Below, piece after piece: positions 25,559-63,104 of a stretch of DNA of 64,000 bases. Numbering within the stretch: the stretch's first letter is position 1; every line of letters starts with the position of its first letter. A program made the translations under genes and the position numbers. The DNA comes from Eledone cirrhosa (lineage: Eukaryota). The DNA lies in the NCBI GenBank assembly GCA_964016885.1, contig CAXHJY010001129.1:1-64000 (forward strand), read 5' to 3'. The notes beneath the pieces were generated by a model. The model had not been told where the DNA came from and made no database searches. It was given only the letters and a program-made list of their open reading frames with translations.

Positions 25559-28500
25559 CCCAACACACCCTGCCATTACCCCACCACCACTGTTCTTCTA
25601 GCCCTCAATTTTCCCACCGTTATGGATGGATGAGCTGGGAATACACGAGCAACTCTGAATCAATAGATGAAATATGAATCTGCGAGCTACCAGCACCCAC
25701 GTGAAGCACCAACCCAGAGACCCTTCCCTACGAGTGTCGACAAATGCCCAAAACTCCGAGTTGGTACCATCAATGTAGGCTCAATGAAAGGAAGAGCAGG
25801 AGAAATCGTAGAAATGCTAGAGCGAAAGGAAGTTGATGTATGCTGTGTGCAAGAGACTAGATGGAGAAGAGAGTCTGCTAGAGTCCTTGTAGGAAAAAGC
25901 CAGTGCTACAAATTTTTCTGGGTGGGAAATGACGATGGGATGGGTGGTGTAGGTATACTATTAGCTGACAAGTGGGTAGATAAAGTAATCTCAGTGTACA
26001 GGGTAAATGCAAGAATCATTAAACTCAGACTAGTCCTGAATAAGACAATTACCACAATAATATCAGCTTACGCACCCCAATCGGGGCTGCCAGACGAACT
26101 TAAGGATAGGTTTTACGAGTCCCTAATACACACTACTGCTCTAACAGACGACAAGGACTTCCTAATCATTGCAGGAGATTTTAACGGACACGTAGGTAAA
26201 CACTGCGACGGCTTCAATAGAGTACATGGAGGCCATGGAGTTGGCACAAGGAATGAGGAAGGATTCAGACTTCTAGAATTCTGCGACGCCAATGACATGT
26301 CGATATGTAACACAAACTTTAAAAAACCCGACAACCACCTGATCACCTATAGATCAGGGGAGCACTCTAGTCAGTTAGATTTTATCCTCATCAGAGGACG
26401 TGACAGATGGACGGTCGTAAACACAAAAGCCTTCCCTAGTGAGGAATGTACATCCCAACATAGCTTAGTTGTCAGCGACCTCACGGTCAGAACTAGACGA
26501 GCCCTGAAACAGAGGCCAACCTGGAGAAGAAAGATCTGGAAGCTGAAAGTCCCCTCAACCAGTAACAGATTTAAAGATATTTTACTCAACGCCTACGACA
26601 GTAAAGAAGAACAGATAGAGACATTTAACGTAGAAGAGAACTGGGAGTTCCTAAAAAATAACTTACTAGAGGCGACGGATGGGGTTTGTGGCTGGAGTAA
26701 GACCTCAAGCAGGAGGAGAGTGACTTGGTGGTGGAACAATAAGGTAGATGAAGCAGTCAAGGCCAAGAGACAGGCATGGAAAGAATGGAAGAATGGGGGG
26801 AGCAGGGTACATTACATAGACCAAGAGGGAAGCTAGGCGACAAGTATACTTAGCTAGGAGGGAAGCAGAGGATAGAAAATTCAAGCATGTTTTACAACGT
26901 GAGGACCAGAAACAGGAGGTATTCAAGATTGCGAGGCAGTGTGTCAGAGATAGTTGTGATGTCATTGGAGAGAAGTGTATCCGGAATGATAAAGGTGAGC
27001 TTGCCCTCACAAGTGCTGAGAAGAAAGATGCATGGAAGAGTCATTATGATAGATTACTAAATGAGGAGAATGCATGGGAAGAAGAGACCCTACCCCACGT
27101 AGACCCTATAGAGGGACCAGCAGTACAAGTCAGCGGCAGCGTAGTAAGTAAGGCAATCAGAGATATGAAGATAGGGAAGGCAACCGGTCCATCGGGTATA
27201 GCTGCCGAGATGCTGAAGGCATCTGGGTCTGTAGGTCACACTATAACCACACGTATCGTTAACCAGGTAATACTAGAGGGGGCCATACCAAAAGATTGGT
27301 GCAGTAGCATCATTGTCAACTGCTACAAAGGTAAAGGCGATGCACTAGATAGAGGAAACTATAGAGGTATAAAGTTGATGGACCAGGTCATGAAAGTAAC
27401 AGAAAGACTTATAGCACAGCTGATTAGGGACCGGGTGAATATAGACGAGATGCAATTTGGGTTTGTACCAGGGAAAGGCACCACTGATGCCCTCTTCCTT
27501 GTGAGGCAATTACAGGAAAAGTACCTAGCTAAAAGTAAGCCACTCTACTTGGCATTTGTCGACCTTGAGAAAGCCTTTGACAGAGTTCCACGTGCAGTAA
27601 TCTGGTGGGCTCTTAGAAAACTAGGAGTAGATGAATGGCTTGTGAAAGCGGTACAAGCCATGTATAGGGGAGCAGTCAGCAAAGTTAGGATTGGCAATGA
27701 GTATAGCGAGGAATTTAGCGTACAGGTTGGGGTCCACCAGGGCTCTGTTCTTAGCCCCCTCCTGTTCATCATAGTCCTGCAGGCAATAACGGAGGAGTTT
27801 AAGACCGGATGCCCATGGGAACTCCTGTATGCTGATGACCTCGCACTCATAGCTGAATCTATGGTAGAACTAGAGAATAAATTCCAAACCTGGAAGCAGG
27901 GACTAGAGAGAAAGGGCCTCAAAGTCAACATGACAAAGACTAAGGTCCTTATAAGTAGACGAGAAAACAGAACCCAGATCCCCTCAGGGAAATGGCCTTG
28001 CTCAGTATGTAGGAAAGGTGTAGGTAGGAACTCCATTCTCTGCCCCAAATGCAAACAATGGGTACACAAGAGATGTAGCGGGATCTCAGGAAGCTTAATT
28101 AAGAATGTAGGATTCACATGCAGCAGCTGTGCTGAAACAGCAAGCAAACAGCCACAGGAAACAAGTACCACCAATCTCTGGGAGGGCCCTGTAGAAACAG
28201 TAGACAGCTTCTGCTACCTAGGTCACCGAATTAGCAACGGAGGTGGGTGCTCAGAAAGTACAATAACTAGGGTAAGAACGGGATGGAAGAAGTTTAGGGA
28301 ACTACTACCACTGCTAGCTGCAAAAGGCTTCTCCCTCAGAATGAAAGGCAGACTGTATGATGCGTGTATCCGAACAGCGATGTTGCATGGTAGTGAGACC
28401 TGGGCGCTGAAGGTGGAAGACTTACGTAGATTAGAGAGAAACGAAGCCTGCATGCTCCGATGGATGTGTAACAGTAATATACGTGAACGACAAAGCATAA

Positions 28501-29085
28501 AGGAATTGAGAGAGAGACTGAGCATAAGAGGAATCAAATGCTGCGTGCAGGAGAGGCGGTTACGCTGGTATGGACATGTGATGCGTATGAAGGATGACAG
28601 GTGCATAAAAAGGTGCAGAGCACTAGAAGTTGATGGAAACCGCGGAGTGGGGAGACCCAAGATGACTTGGGATGAGGTGATAAAAGCCGACCTTACCCAA
28701 CTACACCTCTCAAAGTCAATGACACACGACCGTGACTTCTGGCGTCACGCAGTAATACAGGGTACCCGACCTCCCATGGGTACATGCTGAAGCATATAAA
28801 CAATATGCCCCCCCCCCCCCACCGCAAGGTGGTCGTGGAGGTGCCACGGCAAAAAAGCACCCAGCCCACACTGTAAAGTGGACGTGTAGGCGCCACGAAA
28901 AAGCACCCAGCACTCACTGTAAATGAGGTTGGTGTTAGGAAGGGCATCCAGCTGTAGAAATCAAGCCAGATCAGTTCCTGTATGAGCAAGGCATGGTCAG
29001 CCGACCAGACACTGCACACAACAGGACAACCCGTCTAACCCATGCTAGCGTGGAAGAACGGACGTAAAACGGTGATGATGATGAT
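25559..29085 (+). mobile_element. Near-full-length RTE-clade LINE (family 1): APE + RT + PHD-like finger, 3' UTR, (GAT)n tail
   Basis: APE motifs (TINVGS, CVQETRW, SAYAPQ, GDFNGHVG, LDFILI, SQHSLV) in ORF 25667-26836; RT motifs (QFGF, FVDLEKAFD, GVHQGSVLSP, YADD) in ORF 27165-28790; flanked by (TA)n. Confidence 0.96.
25667..28790 (+). pseudogene. RTE polyprotein ORF broken by a single frameshift near 26790-26822
   Basis: The frame of the 27165 ORF is open upstream to at least 26823 (KREARRQVYLARREAE...), offset +1 from the APE ORF. Confidence 0.88.
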
Positions 29086-29098
29086 ATATTTAGATATT

Positions 29099-29151
<53 letters not shown>

Positions 29152-29188
29152 TTAGATATTTATATATATATATATATATATATTTAGA

Positions 29189-29235
<47 letters not shown>

Positions 29236-29408
29236 GTATATATATGTATATATATATATGTATATATATGTATATATATATATGTATATATATATATGTA
29301 TATATATGTATATATATATATGTATATATATGTATATATATATATGTATATATATGTATATATATGTATGTATATATATGTATATATATGTATGTATATA
29401 TATGTATA

Positions 29409-29496
<88 letters not shown>

Positions 29497-29572
29497 GCCG
29501 TTTCCTTTCGCTATATGTCTCTCCACCACTCCCCTACACACCCTCTGAACTCTGTTCCCACACACTTCTCAC

Positions 29573-29603
29573 CTGAGGAAGGGCTTATGCCCGAAACGTC
29601 GTC
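29573..29603 (+). ncRNA. Hammerhead core of a different Penelope pLTR-like family
   Basis: CTGAGGA a gggc ttat gccc GAAA cgtcgtc, AATAAA at ~29639; stem I not evident. Confidence 0.55.
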
Positions 29604-29697
29604 CCCCACCAACACCCCACTCTCCAGAGCGTGAAATTAATAAACATTCGTTGTACTGCCTCTCTGTTTTGTCCCTGTTCAAATTTTTCCGTCCTAT

Positions 29698-31786
29698 ATC
29701 ATCAACGTTTAACGTCCGTGTTCCACGCTTGCATGGGTTTGGACGGGGGTAGTCCCACTTGAGGCAAGAGTGGTTGTCTTGCTCGCATAGGACTGACTGG
29801 CGGGTTTTCTACAGTTGGATGCCCTTCCTAACACCAACCACATTTACAGTGTGGGGCTGGGAGGTTTTTACCGTGTTGCCTACACGGCCACATTACAGCG
29901 TGGACTGTCTGGCGGGTTTTCTACAGCTGGATGCCCTTCCTAACACCAACCACATTTACAGTGTGGGTCTGGGAGGTTTTTACCGTGTTGCCTACACGGC
30001 CACATTACAGCGTGGACTGTCTGGCGGGTTTTCTACAGTTGGATGCCCTTCCTAACACCAACCACATTTACAGTGTGGGTCTGGGAGGTTTTTACCGTGT
30101 TGCCTACACGGCCACATTACAGCGTGGACTATCTGGCGGGTTTTCTACAGCTGGATTCCCTTCCTAACACCAACCACATTTACAGTGTGGGGCTGGGAGG
30201 TTTTTACCGTGTTGCCTACACGGCCACATTACAGCGTGGACTGTCTGGCGGGTTTTCTACAGCTGGATGCCCTTCCTAACACCAACCACATTTACAGTGT
30301 GGGGCTGGGAGGTTTTTACCGTGTTGCCTACACGGCCACATTACAGCGTGGACTGTCTGGCGGGTTTTCTACGGCTGGATGCCCTTCCTAACACCAACCA
30401 CATTTACAGTGTGGGTCTGGGAGGTTTTTACCGTGTTGCCTACACGGCCACATTACAGCGTGGACTGTCTGGCGGGTTTTCTACAGCTGGATGCCCTTCC
30501 TAACACCAACCACATTTACAGTGTGGGTCTGGGAGGTTTTTACCGTGTTGCCTACACGGCCACATTTACAGCGTGGACTGTCTGGCGGGTTTTCTACAGT
30601 TGGATGCCCTTCCTAACACCAACCACATTTACAGTGTGGGGCTGGGAGGTTTTTACCGTGTTGCCTACACGGCCACATTACAGCGTGGACTGTCTGGCGG
30701 GTTTTCTACAGCTGGATGCCCTTCCTAACACCAACCACATTTACAGTGTGGGGCTGGGAGGTTTTTACCGTGTTGCCTACACGGCCACATTTACAGCGTG
30801 GACTGTCTGGCGGGTTTTCTACAGCTGGATGCCATTCCTAACACCAACCACATTTACAGTGTGGGTCTGGGAGGTTTTTACCGTGTTGCCTACACGGCCA
30901 CATTACAGCGTGGACTGTCTGGCGGGTTTTCTACAGCTGGATGCCCTTCCTAACACCAACCACATTTACAGTGTGGGTCTGGGAGGTTTTTACCGTGTTG
31001 CCTACACGGCCACATTTACAGCGTGGACTGTCTGGCGGGTTTTCTACAGCTGGATGCCCTTCCTAACACCAACCACATTTACAGTGTGGGGCTGGGAGGT
31101 TTTTACCGTGTTGCCTACACGGCCACATTTACAGCGTGGACTGTCTGGCGGGTTTTCTACAGCTGGATGCCATTCCTAACACCAACCACATTTACAGTGT
31201 GGGTCTGGGAGGTTTTTACCGTGTTGCCTACACGGCCACATTACAGCGTGGACTGTCTGGCGGGTTTTCTACAGCTGGATGCCCTTCCTAACACCAACCA
31301 CATTTACAGTGTGGGTCTGGGAGGTTTTTACCGTGTTGCCTACACGGCCACATTACAGCGTGGACTGTCTGGCGGGTTTTCTACAGCTGGATGCCCTTCC
31401 TAACACCAACCACATTTACAGTGTGGGTCTGGGAGGTTTTTACCGTGTTGCCTACACGGCCACATTACAGCGTGGACTGTCTGGCGGGTTTTCTACAGCT
31501 GGATGCCCTTCCTAACACCAACCACATTTACAGTGTGGACTGGGAGGTTTTTACCGTGTTGCCTACACGGCCACATTACAGCGTGGACTGTGTGTTTTTT
31601 TGTCGTGACACCTACACGATCTCATTTGTTTCGGCCTCGATGGCGCGGCACCAACATAACTTTACATAGAACGGGGTGGTGGTGGTGGGACGGGGTGTAT
31701 TTTGTTAGAGATGCCTACTGGCTGGAGTAGGTTTTACTATATATTTAGGTAAGGCGGGTCTTCTCTGTTACTGAGTACCACCAAAG

Positions 31787-31790
<4 letters not shown>
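29698..31790 (-). mobile_element. RTE family 2 3' end with ~16 tandem 112-113 bp units
   Basis: Same unit as 21100-21890; ORF end ([13 protein letters not shown]) at 31750-31790. Confidence 0.9.
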
Positions 31791-31836
<46 letters not shown>

Positions 31837-31845
31837 TTAAATATT

Positions 31846-31904
<59 letters not shown>

Positions 31905-32279
31905 GTGTGTATATGTAATAATCCCATCACTAAGTATAGAGTTTCAAGATTTCAAGATTTCTAAGTTCAAAATAACATTTCTTCCCTCTCCAGTATATAT
32001 TATATCTGGGACCCTGCTGTGATGGTAGCTTGTCTGTCATTTGCAGGGCTGCTTTGCCCAAATTATAGAGTCGGTGCTAACAATAAGTTCAACTAGGGCT
32101 CATTACTCCACTTTAACCCTTTCATTACCATATTTCTACTGGAACATAGGTTCTTGCATAACAAAGGTTCTTGCATAAAATTATAATGGAATGTTTTTAG
32201 ATAAATATAAATACTTTAACCCTTTCATTACTATATTTCTAATGGAACATAACTTAACAAAGGTTCTTACATAAAATTA

Positions 32280-32460
32280 TAATTGTTTCTACTTTAGGCA
32301 CAAGGCCAGCAAATTACCCAGTGCATTACTGGTACTTTATTTTATCGACCCCGTAAGGATGAAAGGCAAAGTCAACCTCGGCGGGATTTGAACTCAGATC
32401 ATAAAGGGACGTAACTATGCTGGAAAGCATGGCGTCCGACCCTCTACCGATACTGCCAAT
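32280..32460 (-). mobile_element. SINE family B (single unit)
   Basis: Reverse complement of 20428-20611. Confidence 0.85.
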
Positions 32461-32589
32461 GGAAGATTTTTAGATAAATATAAACACTTTAACCCTTTCA
32501 TTACCATATTTCTAATGGAACATAACTTAACAAAGATTCTTACATAAAATTATAATGGAATGTTTTTAGATAAATATAAACACTTTAAA

Positions 32590-33081
32590 ACCTACTACAG
32601 TCAGTAGGCATCTCTATCAAAACACACCCCCGTCCCACCACCTCCACCCCATCCACACCGCCCCTTTCAATGTAAAGTTATGTTGGTCCCACAACATCCA
32701 GGCCGAAACAAATGAGATCGTGTAGGTGTCACGACAAAAAACACACAATCCACGCTGTAAATGTGGTCGTGTAGGCAACACGGTAAAAACCTCCCAGCCC
32801 CACACTGTAAATGTGGTTGGTGTTAGGAAGGGCATCCAGCTGTAGAAAACCCGCCAGACAGTCCACGCTGTAATGTGGCCGTGTAGGCAACACGGTAAAA
32901 ACCTCTCAGCCCCACACTGTAAATGTGGTTGGTGTTAGGAAGGGCATCCAACTGTAGAAAACCCGCCAGACAGTCCTATGTGAGCAAGACAACCACTCTT
33001 GCCTCAAGTGGGAAAACCCCCGTCCAAACCCATGCAAGCGTGGAACACGGACGCTAAACCTGATGATGATGATGATGATGA
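32590..33081 (+). mobile_element. RTE family 2 3' UTR fragment (two 112-bp units)
   Basis: Homologous to 54580-54950. Confidence 0.85.
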
Positions 33082-33579
33082 TTTAACCCTTTCATTACTA
33101 TATTTCTAATGGAACATAACTTAACAAAGGTTCTTACATAAAATTAAGATGGAACGTTTTTAGATAAATATAAACACTTTAACCCTTTCATTACCATATT
33201 TCTAATGGAACATAACCTAACAAAGGTTCTTATGTAGAACTGTGTTGGAAGATTTTAATTTAAATAGGAACCCTGTAAGACAGTAACTTAACATAGGGTC
33301 CTTATATAAAATCATGTTGCTATGAAAAGGGCTGAAATTAATTTAAGGGCTTTTGTATGCTTTTAAGGGGCAAAAATGTCACTTTAATGATATCCATGCA
33401 TTTTGAAAGTTTTCAAGACAAGATGGCCGACAGACAGATGCAGAAGACTTGCATGCTGGGAAGATATGAATACTAACCCCCTTCCATCATGGCTGACCTA
33501 GGGTTTACTCATAAAAAGGTCCCCAGACGACCAGGCATGCATAACTGTGTCCCTTCTCCATGCAATGATATCACAAATC

Positions 33580-33613
33580 ATATATACACTATATATATAT
33601 GCTATATATACAT

Positions 33614-33651
<38 letters not shown>

Positions 33652-33723
33652 CTGTACATTATATATACACTATATATGTATATTATATATAGACTTTGTA
33701 CAGTATATATACACTAAATATAC

Positions 33724-33764
<41 letters not shown>

Positions 33765-33833
33765 TCTGTACATTATATATACACTATATACATTATATAC
33801 ACTATGTACAGTATATATACACTATATATACAT

Positions 33834-33880
<47 letters not shown>

Positions 33881-35594
33881 TGTATATATACTGTACATAG
33901 ACTATATATGTATATTATATATAGACTTTGTACAGTATATATACACTATATATACATTATATATATATATATACTCTGTACATTATATATACACTATATA
34001 TGTATATTATATATAGGCTTTGTACAGTATATATACACTAAATATACATTATATATATATATATATATATACTCTGTACATTATATATACACTATATATG
34101 TATATTATATATAGGCTTTGTACAGTATATATACACTAAATATACATTATATATATATATATATAAACTCTGTATATTATATATACACTATATACATTAT
34201 ATACACACTATGTACAGTATATATACATTATATATATATTTATACTCTGTACATTATATATACACTATATATGTATATTATATATAGACTTTGTACAGTA
34301 TATATACACTAAATATACATTATATATATATACATACTCTGTTCATTATATATACATTATATATATTATGTATACACTTTCATAACCATATTTCTAATGG
34401 AACATAACTTAACAAAGGTTTTTACATACTACTCTTACCCCTCTCTTTCTTCCCCTCCCTTCCTCCCTCTCACTTTCACTCCCTCACCTGACCCTCTAGC
34501 AGTCCTTTTCTCACTTACAACTGCTGGGGTCAGATGTGTGTGTGTGTCTGTCTATATATATGTGTGTATGTATGTAAATATGTATGTCTATGTGTATGTA
34601 TATCTATATGTGTGTATATGTATATATATATATGTGTGTCTATCTATATGTGAGTGTGTCTGTCTATATATATGTGTGTATGTATGTATATATATGTATG
34701 TGTATGTGTATGTATATCTATATGTGTGTATATGTATATATATATATGTGTGTCTATCTATATGTGTGTGTGTCTGTCTATATATGTGTATATGTATGTA
34801 TATATATGTGTGTCTGTCTATATATATATGTATGTCTATGTGTATGTATATCTGTGTGTGTCTGTCTATATATATATGTATGTCTATGTGTATGTATATA
34901 TGTGTGTATATGTATATATATATATATGTGTCTGTCTATATGTGTGTGTGTCTGTATGTATATGTGTGTATATATATATGTATGTGTATGTATATCTATA
35001 TGTGTGTATATGTATATATATATATGTGTGTCTATCTATATGTGTGTGTGTCTGTCTATATATGTGTATATGTATGTATATATATATGTGTGTCTGTGTA
35101 TATATATGTATGTCTATGTGTATGTATATATGTGTGTGTCTGTCTATATATATATGTATGTCTATGTGTATGTATATATGTGTGTATATGTATATATATA
35201 TATATGTGTCTGTCTATATGTGTGTGTGTCTGTATGTATATGTGTGTATATATATATGTATGTGTATGTATATCTATATGTGTGTATATGTATATATATA
35301 TATGTGTGTCTATCTATATGTGTGTGTGTCTGTCTATATATATGTGTGTATATGTATGTATATATATATGTGTGTCTGTGTATATATATGTATGTCTATG
35401 TGTATGTATATCTATGTGTGTGTCTGTCTATATATATATGTATGTCTATGTGTATGTATATATGTGTGTATATGTATATATATATATGTGTCTGTCTATA
35501 TGTGTGTGTGTCTGTATGTATATGTGTGTATGTATGTATATATATATGTATGTCTATATGTGTGTATATGTATGTATATATATATATGTCTCTG

Positions 35595-35625
<31 letters not shown>

Positions 35626-38417
35626 CTGTCTATATATATGTGTGTATATGTATGTATATATATATATGTGTCTGTCTATGTGTGTGTGTATGTATGTCTA
35701 TATATATGTGTGTATGTATGTATATATATATATGTATGTCTATATGTGTGTGTGTCTGTATGTATATATGTGTGTATGTATGTATATATATATGTATCTC
35801 TATATATATATGTCTATATGTGTGTATATGTATATATATATATATGTGTCTGTCTATATATATGTGTATGTATATATATGTATGTCTGTGTGTATGTGTC
35901 TGTATGTATATATATGTATGTCTATGTGTATGTATATCTATATGTATGTATATGTATGTATATATATATATATATGTATGTATATGTATGTATATATATA
36001 TATATATGTCTGTGTATGTGTCTGTCTATATATATGTGTGTATGATTGTATATATATATGTATGTATATGGGTGTATATATATATATGTATGTCTATGTG
36101 TATGTATATCTATGTGTGTATATGTATATATATATATATGTGTCTGTCTATATGTGTCTGTATGTATATATATATATGTATGTCTATATGTGTGTATATG
36201 TATGTATATATATATATGTCTGTGTATGTATGTATATATATGTATGTGTATGTGTATGTATATCTATATGTATGTATATGTATGTATATATATATATATA
36301 TGTCTGTGTATGTGTCTGTCTATATATATGTATGTGTATGTATATGTATATGGGTATATATATATATGTATGTCTATGTGTGTATATGTATGTATATATA
36401 TATATATGTATGTGTATGTATATGTATATGGGTGTATATATATATGTATGTCTCTGTGTGTATATGTATATATATATATGTATGTCTATGTGTATGTTTA
36501 TCTATATGTGTGTATAGTATATATGTATGTCTATATGTGTGTATATGTATGTATATATATATATGTGTCTGTCTATATGTGTGCGTGTATGTATGTATGT
36601 ATATATATGTATATCTATGTGTGTATATGTATATATATATATATGTGTCTGTCTATATATATGTGTGTATGTATGTATATATATGTATATCTATGTGTGT
36701 ATATGTATATATATATATGTGTCTGTCTATATATATGTGTGTATGTATGTATATATATGTATATCTATGTGTGTATATGTATATATATATATATGTGTCT
36801 GTCTATATATATGTGTGTATGTATGTATATATATATATGTCTATATGTGTGTATATGTATGTATATATATATATATGTGTCTGTCTATATATATGTGTGT
36901 ATGTATGTATATATATATATGTATGTCTATGTGTGTATATGTATGTATGTATATATATGTATATATATATGTATGTCTATATGTATATATATATGTCTAT
37001 ATGTGTGTATATGTATGTATATATATATATGTGTCTGTCTATATATATGTGTGTATGTATGTATATATATATATGTATGTCTATGTGTGTATATGTATGT
37101 ATGTATATATATGTATATATATATGTATGTCTATATGTATATATATATGTCTATATGTGTGTATATGTATGTATATATATATATGTGTCTGTCTATATAT
37201 ATGTGTGTATGTATGTATATATATATATGTATGTCTATGTGTGTATATGTATGTATGTATATATATGTATGTCTATATGTATATATATATGTCTATATGT
37301 GTGTATATGTATGTATATATATATATGTGTCTGTCTATATATATGTGTGTATGTATGTATATATATATATATGTATGTCTATGTGTGTATATGTATGTAT
37401 ATATATGTATATATATATGTATGTCTATATGTATATATATATGTCTATATGTGTGTATATGTATGTATATATATATATGTGTCTGTCTATATGTGTGTGT
37501 GTATGTATGTATATATATATGTATGTCTATGTGTGTATAAGTATGTATGTATATATATGTATATATATATGTATGTCTATATGTATATATATATGTCTAT
37601 ATGTGTGTATATGTATGTATATATATATATGTGTCTGTCTATATATATGTGTGTATGTATGTATATATATATATATGTATGTCTATGTGTGTATATGTAT
37701 GTATGTATATATATGTATATATATATGTATGTCTATATGTATATATATATGTCTATATGTGTGTATATGTATGTATATATATATATGTGTCTGTCTATAT
37801 ATATGTGTGTATGTATGTATATATATATATATGTATGTCTATGTGTGTATATGTATGTATGTATATATATGTATATATATATGTATGTCTATATGTATAT
37901 ATATATGTCTATATGTGTGTATATGTATGTATATATATATATGTCTGTCTATGTGTGTATATGTATGTATGTATATATATGTATGTCTATGTGTGTATAT
38001 GTATGTATGTATATATATGTATATATATATATGTATGTCTATATGTATATATATATGTCTATATGTGTGTATATGTATGTATATATATATATGTGTCTGT
38101 CTATATATATGTGTGTATGTATGTATATATATATGTATGTCTATGTGTGTATATGTATGTATGTATATATATGTATATATATATGTATGTCTATATGTAT
38201 ATATATATGTCTATATGTGTGTATATGTATGTATATATATATATGTGTCTGTCTATATATATGTGTGTATGTATGTATATATATATATATGTATGTCTAT
38301 GTGTGTATATGTATGTCTATATGTGTGTATATGTATGTATATATATATATATGTGTCTGTCTATATATATGTGTGTATGTATGTATATATATATATGTAT
38401 GTCTATGTGTGTATATG

Positions 38418-38449
<32 letters not shown>

Positions 38450-38635
38450 TGTATGTCTATATGGATATAGATATGTCTATATGTGTGTATATGTATGTAT
38501 ATATATATATGTGTCTGTCTATATATATGTGTATATGTATGTATATATATATATGTCTGTCTATGTGTGTATATGTATGTATATATATATATATGTATGT
38601 ATATGAGTGTCTATATATATATATATATATTTTAA

Positions 38636-38673
<38 letters not shown>

Positions 38674-38676
38674 GTG

Positions 38677-38707
<31 letters not shown>

Positions 38708-38873
38708 CATCAAATGATCCTCCATCCTGTCTATAATGTCATCTGTAAAGGTTTATGTCACTGGAAAGGTCACAGTCCACTTAACTGGAGCTTCCCTTCC
38801 TGTCACACACACACACACATACATACATACACATATACATACATACATACATACATACACACACATACATACA

Positions 38874-38909
<36 letters not shown>

Positions 38910-38952
38910 TAATACATACATACACATATATATATATATATAATACATACAT

Positions 38953-38985
<33 letters not shown>

Positions 38986-39036
38986 ATACATACATACATA
39001 CACACATATATATATATATATATAATACATACATAC

Positions 39037-39067
<31 letters not shown>

Positions 39068-39116
39068 ATACACACATGCATACATACACACATATATATA
39101 TATATATAATACATAC

Positions 39117-39147
<31 letters not shown>

Positions 39148-39161
39148 ATACATACATACAT

Positions 39162-39194
<33 letters not shown>

Positions 39195-39204
39195 ATACAT
39201 ACAT

Positions 39205-39272
<68 letters not shown>

Positions 39273-39286
39273 ATACATACATACAT

Positions 39287-39317
<31 letters not shown>

Positions 39318-39372
39318 ATACACACATGCATACATACACACATATATATATATATATATAATACATACATAC

Positions 39373-39403
<31 letters not shown>

Positions 39404-39446
39404 ATACATACATACACATATATATATATATATATATATAATACAT

Positions 39447-39482
<36 letters not shown>

Positions 39483-39647
39483 GCAATGAAATATCTATGA
39501 TCGTCGGCAAATCACTGATGAGGGACTCATTTTATTACATGTTATCTATGCGCTACCTGCAGTATTTTTCTCCATATTTTATTACATATATAAATATATA
39601 TATATATATAAATATATATATAAATATATATAAAAATATATATATAA

Positions 39648-39684
<37 letters not shown>

Positions 39685-39694
39685 ATACATACAT

Positions 39695-39736
<42 letters not shown>

Positions 39737-39747
39737 GGATGAGTTCT

Positions 39748-39790
<43 letters not shown>
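33580..39790. repeat. Cryptic (TA/TG/CA)n microsatellite field with higher-order units
   Basis: Almost pure dinucleotide-derived sequence with short unique islands. Confidence 0.92.
34500..34528 (+). CDS. Candidate signal-peptide micro-exon of the Delta-like gene
   Basis: Long pyrimidine tract, tag/cag (NAGNAG) acceptor, (A)VLFSLTTAG|gtcaga. The phase 0 end would give VLFSLTTAG-ECHA/SGQ. The donor is weak and no ATG exon was found. Confidence 0.4.
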
Positions 39791-39791
<1 letters not shown>

Positions 39792-39794
<3 letters not shown>

Positions 39795-40716
39795 ATGAGT
39801 TCTCTCCAGCGGTCTCTGTCCCTCATTATCGCTGCCATGTCCTGCGTCTCCAACAGACCAGTGTCTGTCCTTAGAGCATCAACATACGTTAACCTCGGTC
39901 TTCCTCTTCCAGTGTGTCCATGTAGGGGCTCCCACAGAAGCACTGAGTGCAGTGTCAACTCTGGATGTCAGTGAGTGTGTCCATGTAGGGGCTCCCACAG
40001 GAGCACTGAGTGCAGTGTCAACTCTGGATGTCAGTGAGTGTGTCCATGTAGGGGCTCCCACAGGAGCACTGAGTGCAATGTCAACTCTGGATATCGGTGA
40101 GCATGTCCAGCTAACCTCAGTCTCCCTCTTCCAGTGTGTCCATGTAGGGGCTCCCACAGGAGCACTGAGTGCAGTGTCAACTCTGGATGTTGGTGAGGAT
40201 GTCCAGCTAACCTCAGTCTCCCTCTTCCAGTGTGTCCATGTAGGGGCTCCCAAAGGAGCACTGAGTGCAGTGTCAACTCTGGATGTTGGTGAGGATGTCC
40301 AGCTAACCTCAATCTCCCTCTTCCAGTGTGTCCATGTAGGGGCTCCCACAGGAGCACTGAGTGCAGTGTCAACTCTGGATGTCGGTGAGCATGTCCAGCT
40401 AACCTCAGTCTCCCTCTTCCAGTGTGTCCATGTAGGGGCTCCCACAGGAGCACTGAGTGCAGTGTTAACTCTGGATGTCGGTGAGCATGTCCAGCTAACC
40501 TCAGTCTCCCTCTTCCAGTGTGTCCATGTAGGGGCTCCCAAAGGAGCACTGAGTGCAGTGTCAACTCTGGATGTTGGTGAGGATGTCCAGCTAACCTCAA
40601 TCTCCCTCTTCCAGTGTGTCCATGTAGGGGCTCCCACAGGAGCACTGAGTGCAGTGTCAACTCTGGATGTCGGTGAGCATGTCCAGCTAACCTCAGTCTC
40701 CTGTGTGTCACTTTTG
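39792..40716 (-). mobile_element. Third LINE family 3' fragment with ~7 96-bp and two 63-bp tandem units
   Basis: Homologous to 11450-12150. Confidence 0.85.
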
Positions 40717-40825
40717 AAAATAAGTAGAAAATGCTAAGATTTTCTCATGGAATAACAGCCACTGATCCCTCTTATTCCTAATTTCTTCCTTAGTTCGTTT
40801 ATGCTTTGCCCTTCATGTATATTAC

Positions 40826-40857
<32 letters not shown>

Positions 40858-40870
40858 GTGTCACCCCCAG

Positions 40871-63104
<22,234 letters not shown>

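Larger units (their letters stand above)
32112..33335. repeat. Tandem TTAA-CCCTTT-initiated units (piggyBac-type MITE end-like), interrupted by SINE B and an RTE fragment
   Basis: ttaaccctttcattaccatatttct recurs about 5 times; gaaaagggctgaa near 33325 may be the opposite end. Confidence 0.5.

Noticed and set aside
31994-32070. Possible exon (GPCCDGSLSVIC or MVACLSFAGLLC) after a good acceptor
   Set aside because: No convincing donor or compatible phase; the true CCDG exon is at 40871.
33599-39510. Very long Y/I/M/C/V ORFs
   Set aside because: Translations of TA/TG microsatellite.
39514-39530. Isolated CTGATGAG
   Set aside because: No stem II-GAAA or stem I partner; not a hammerhead.
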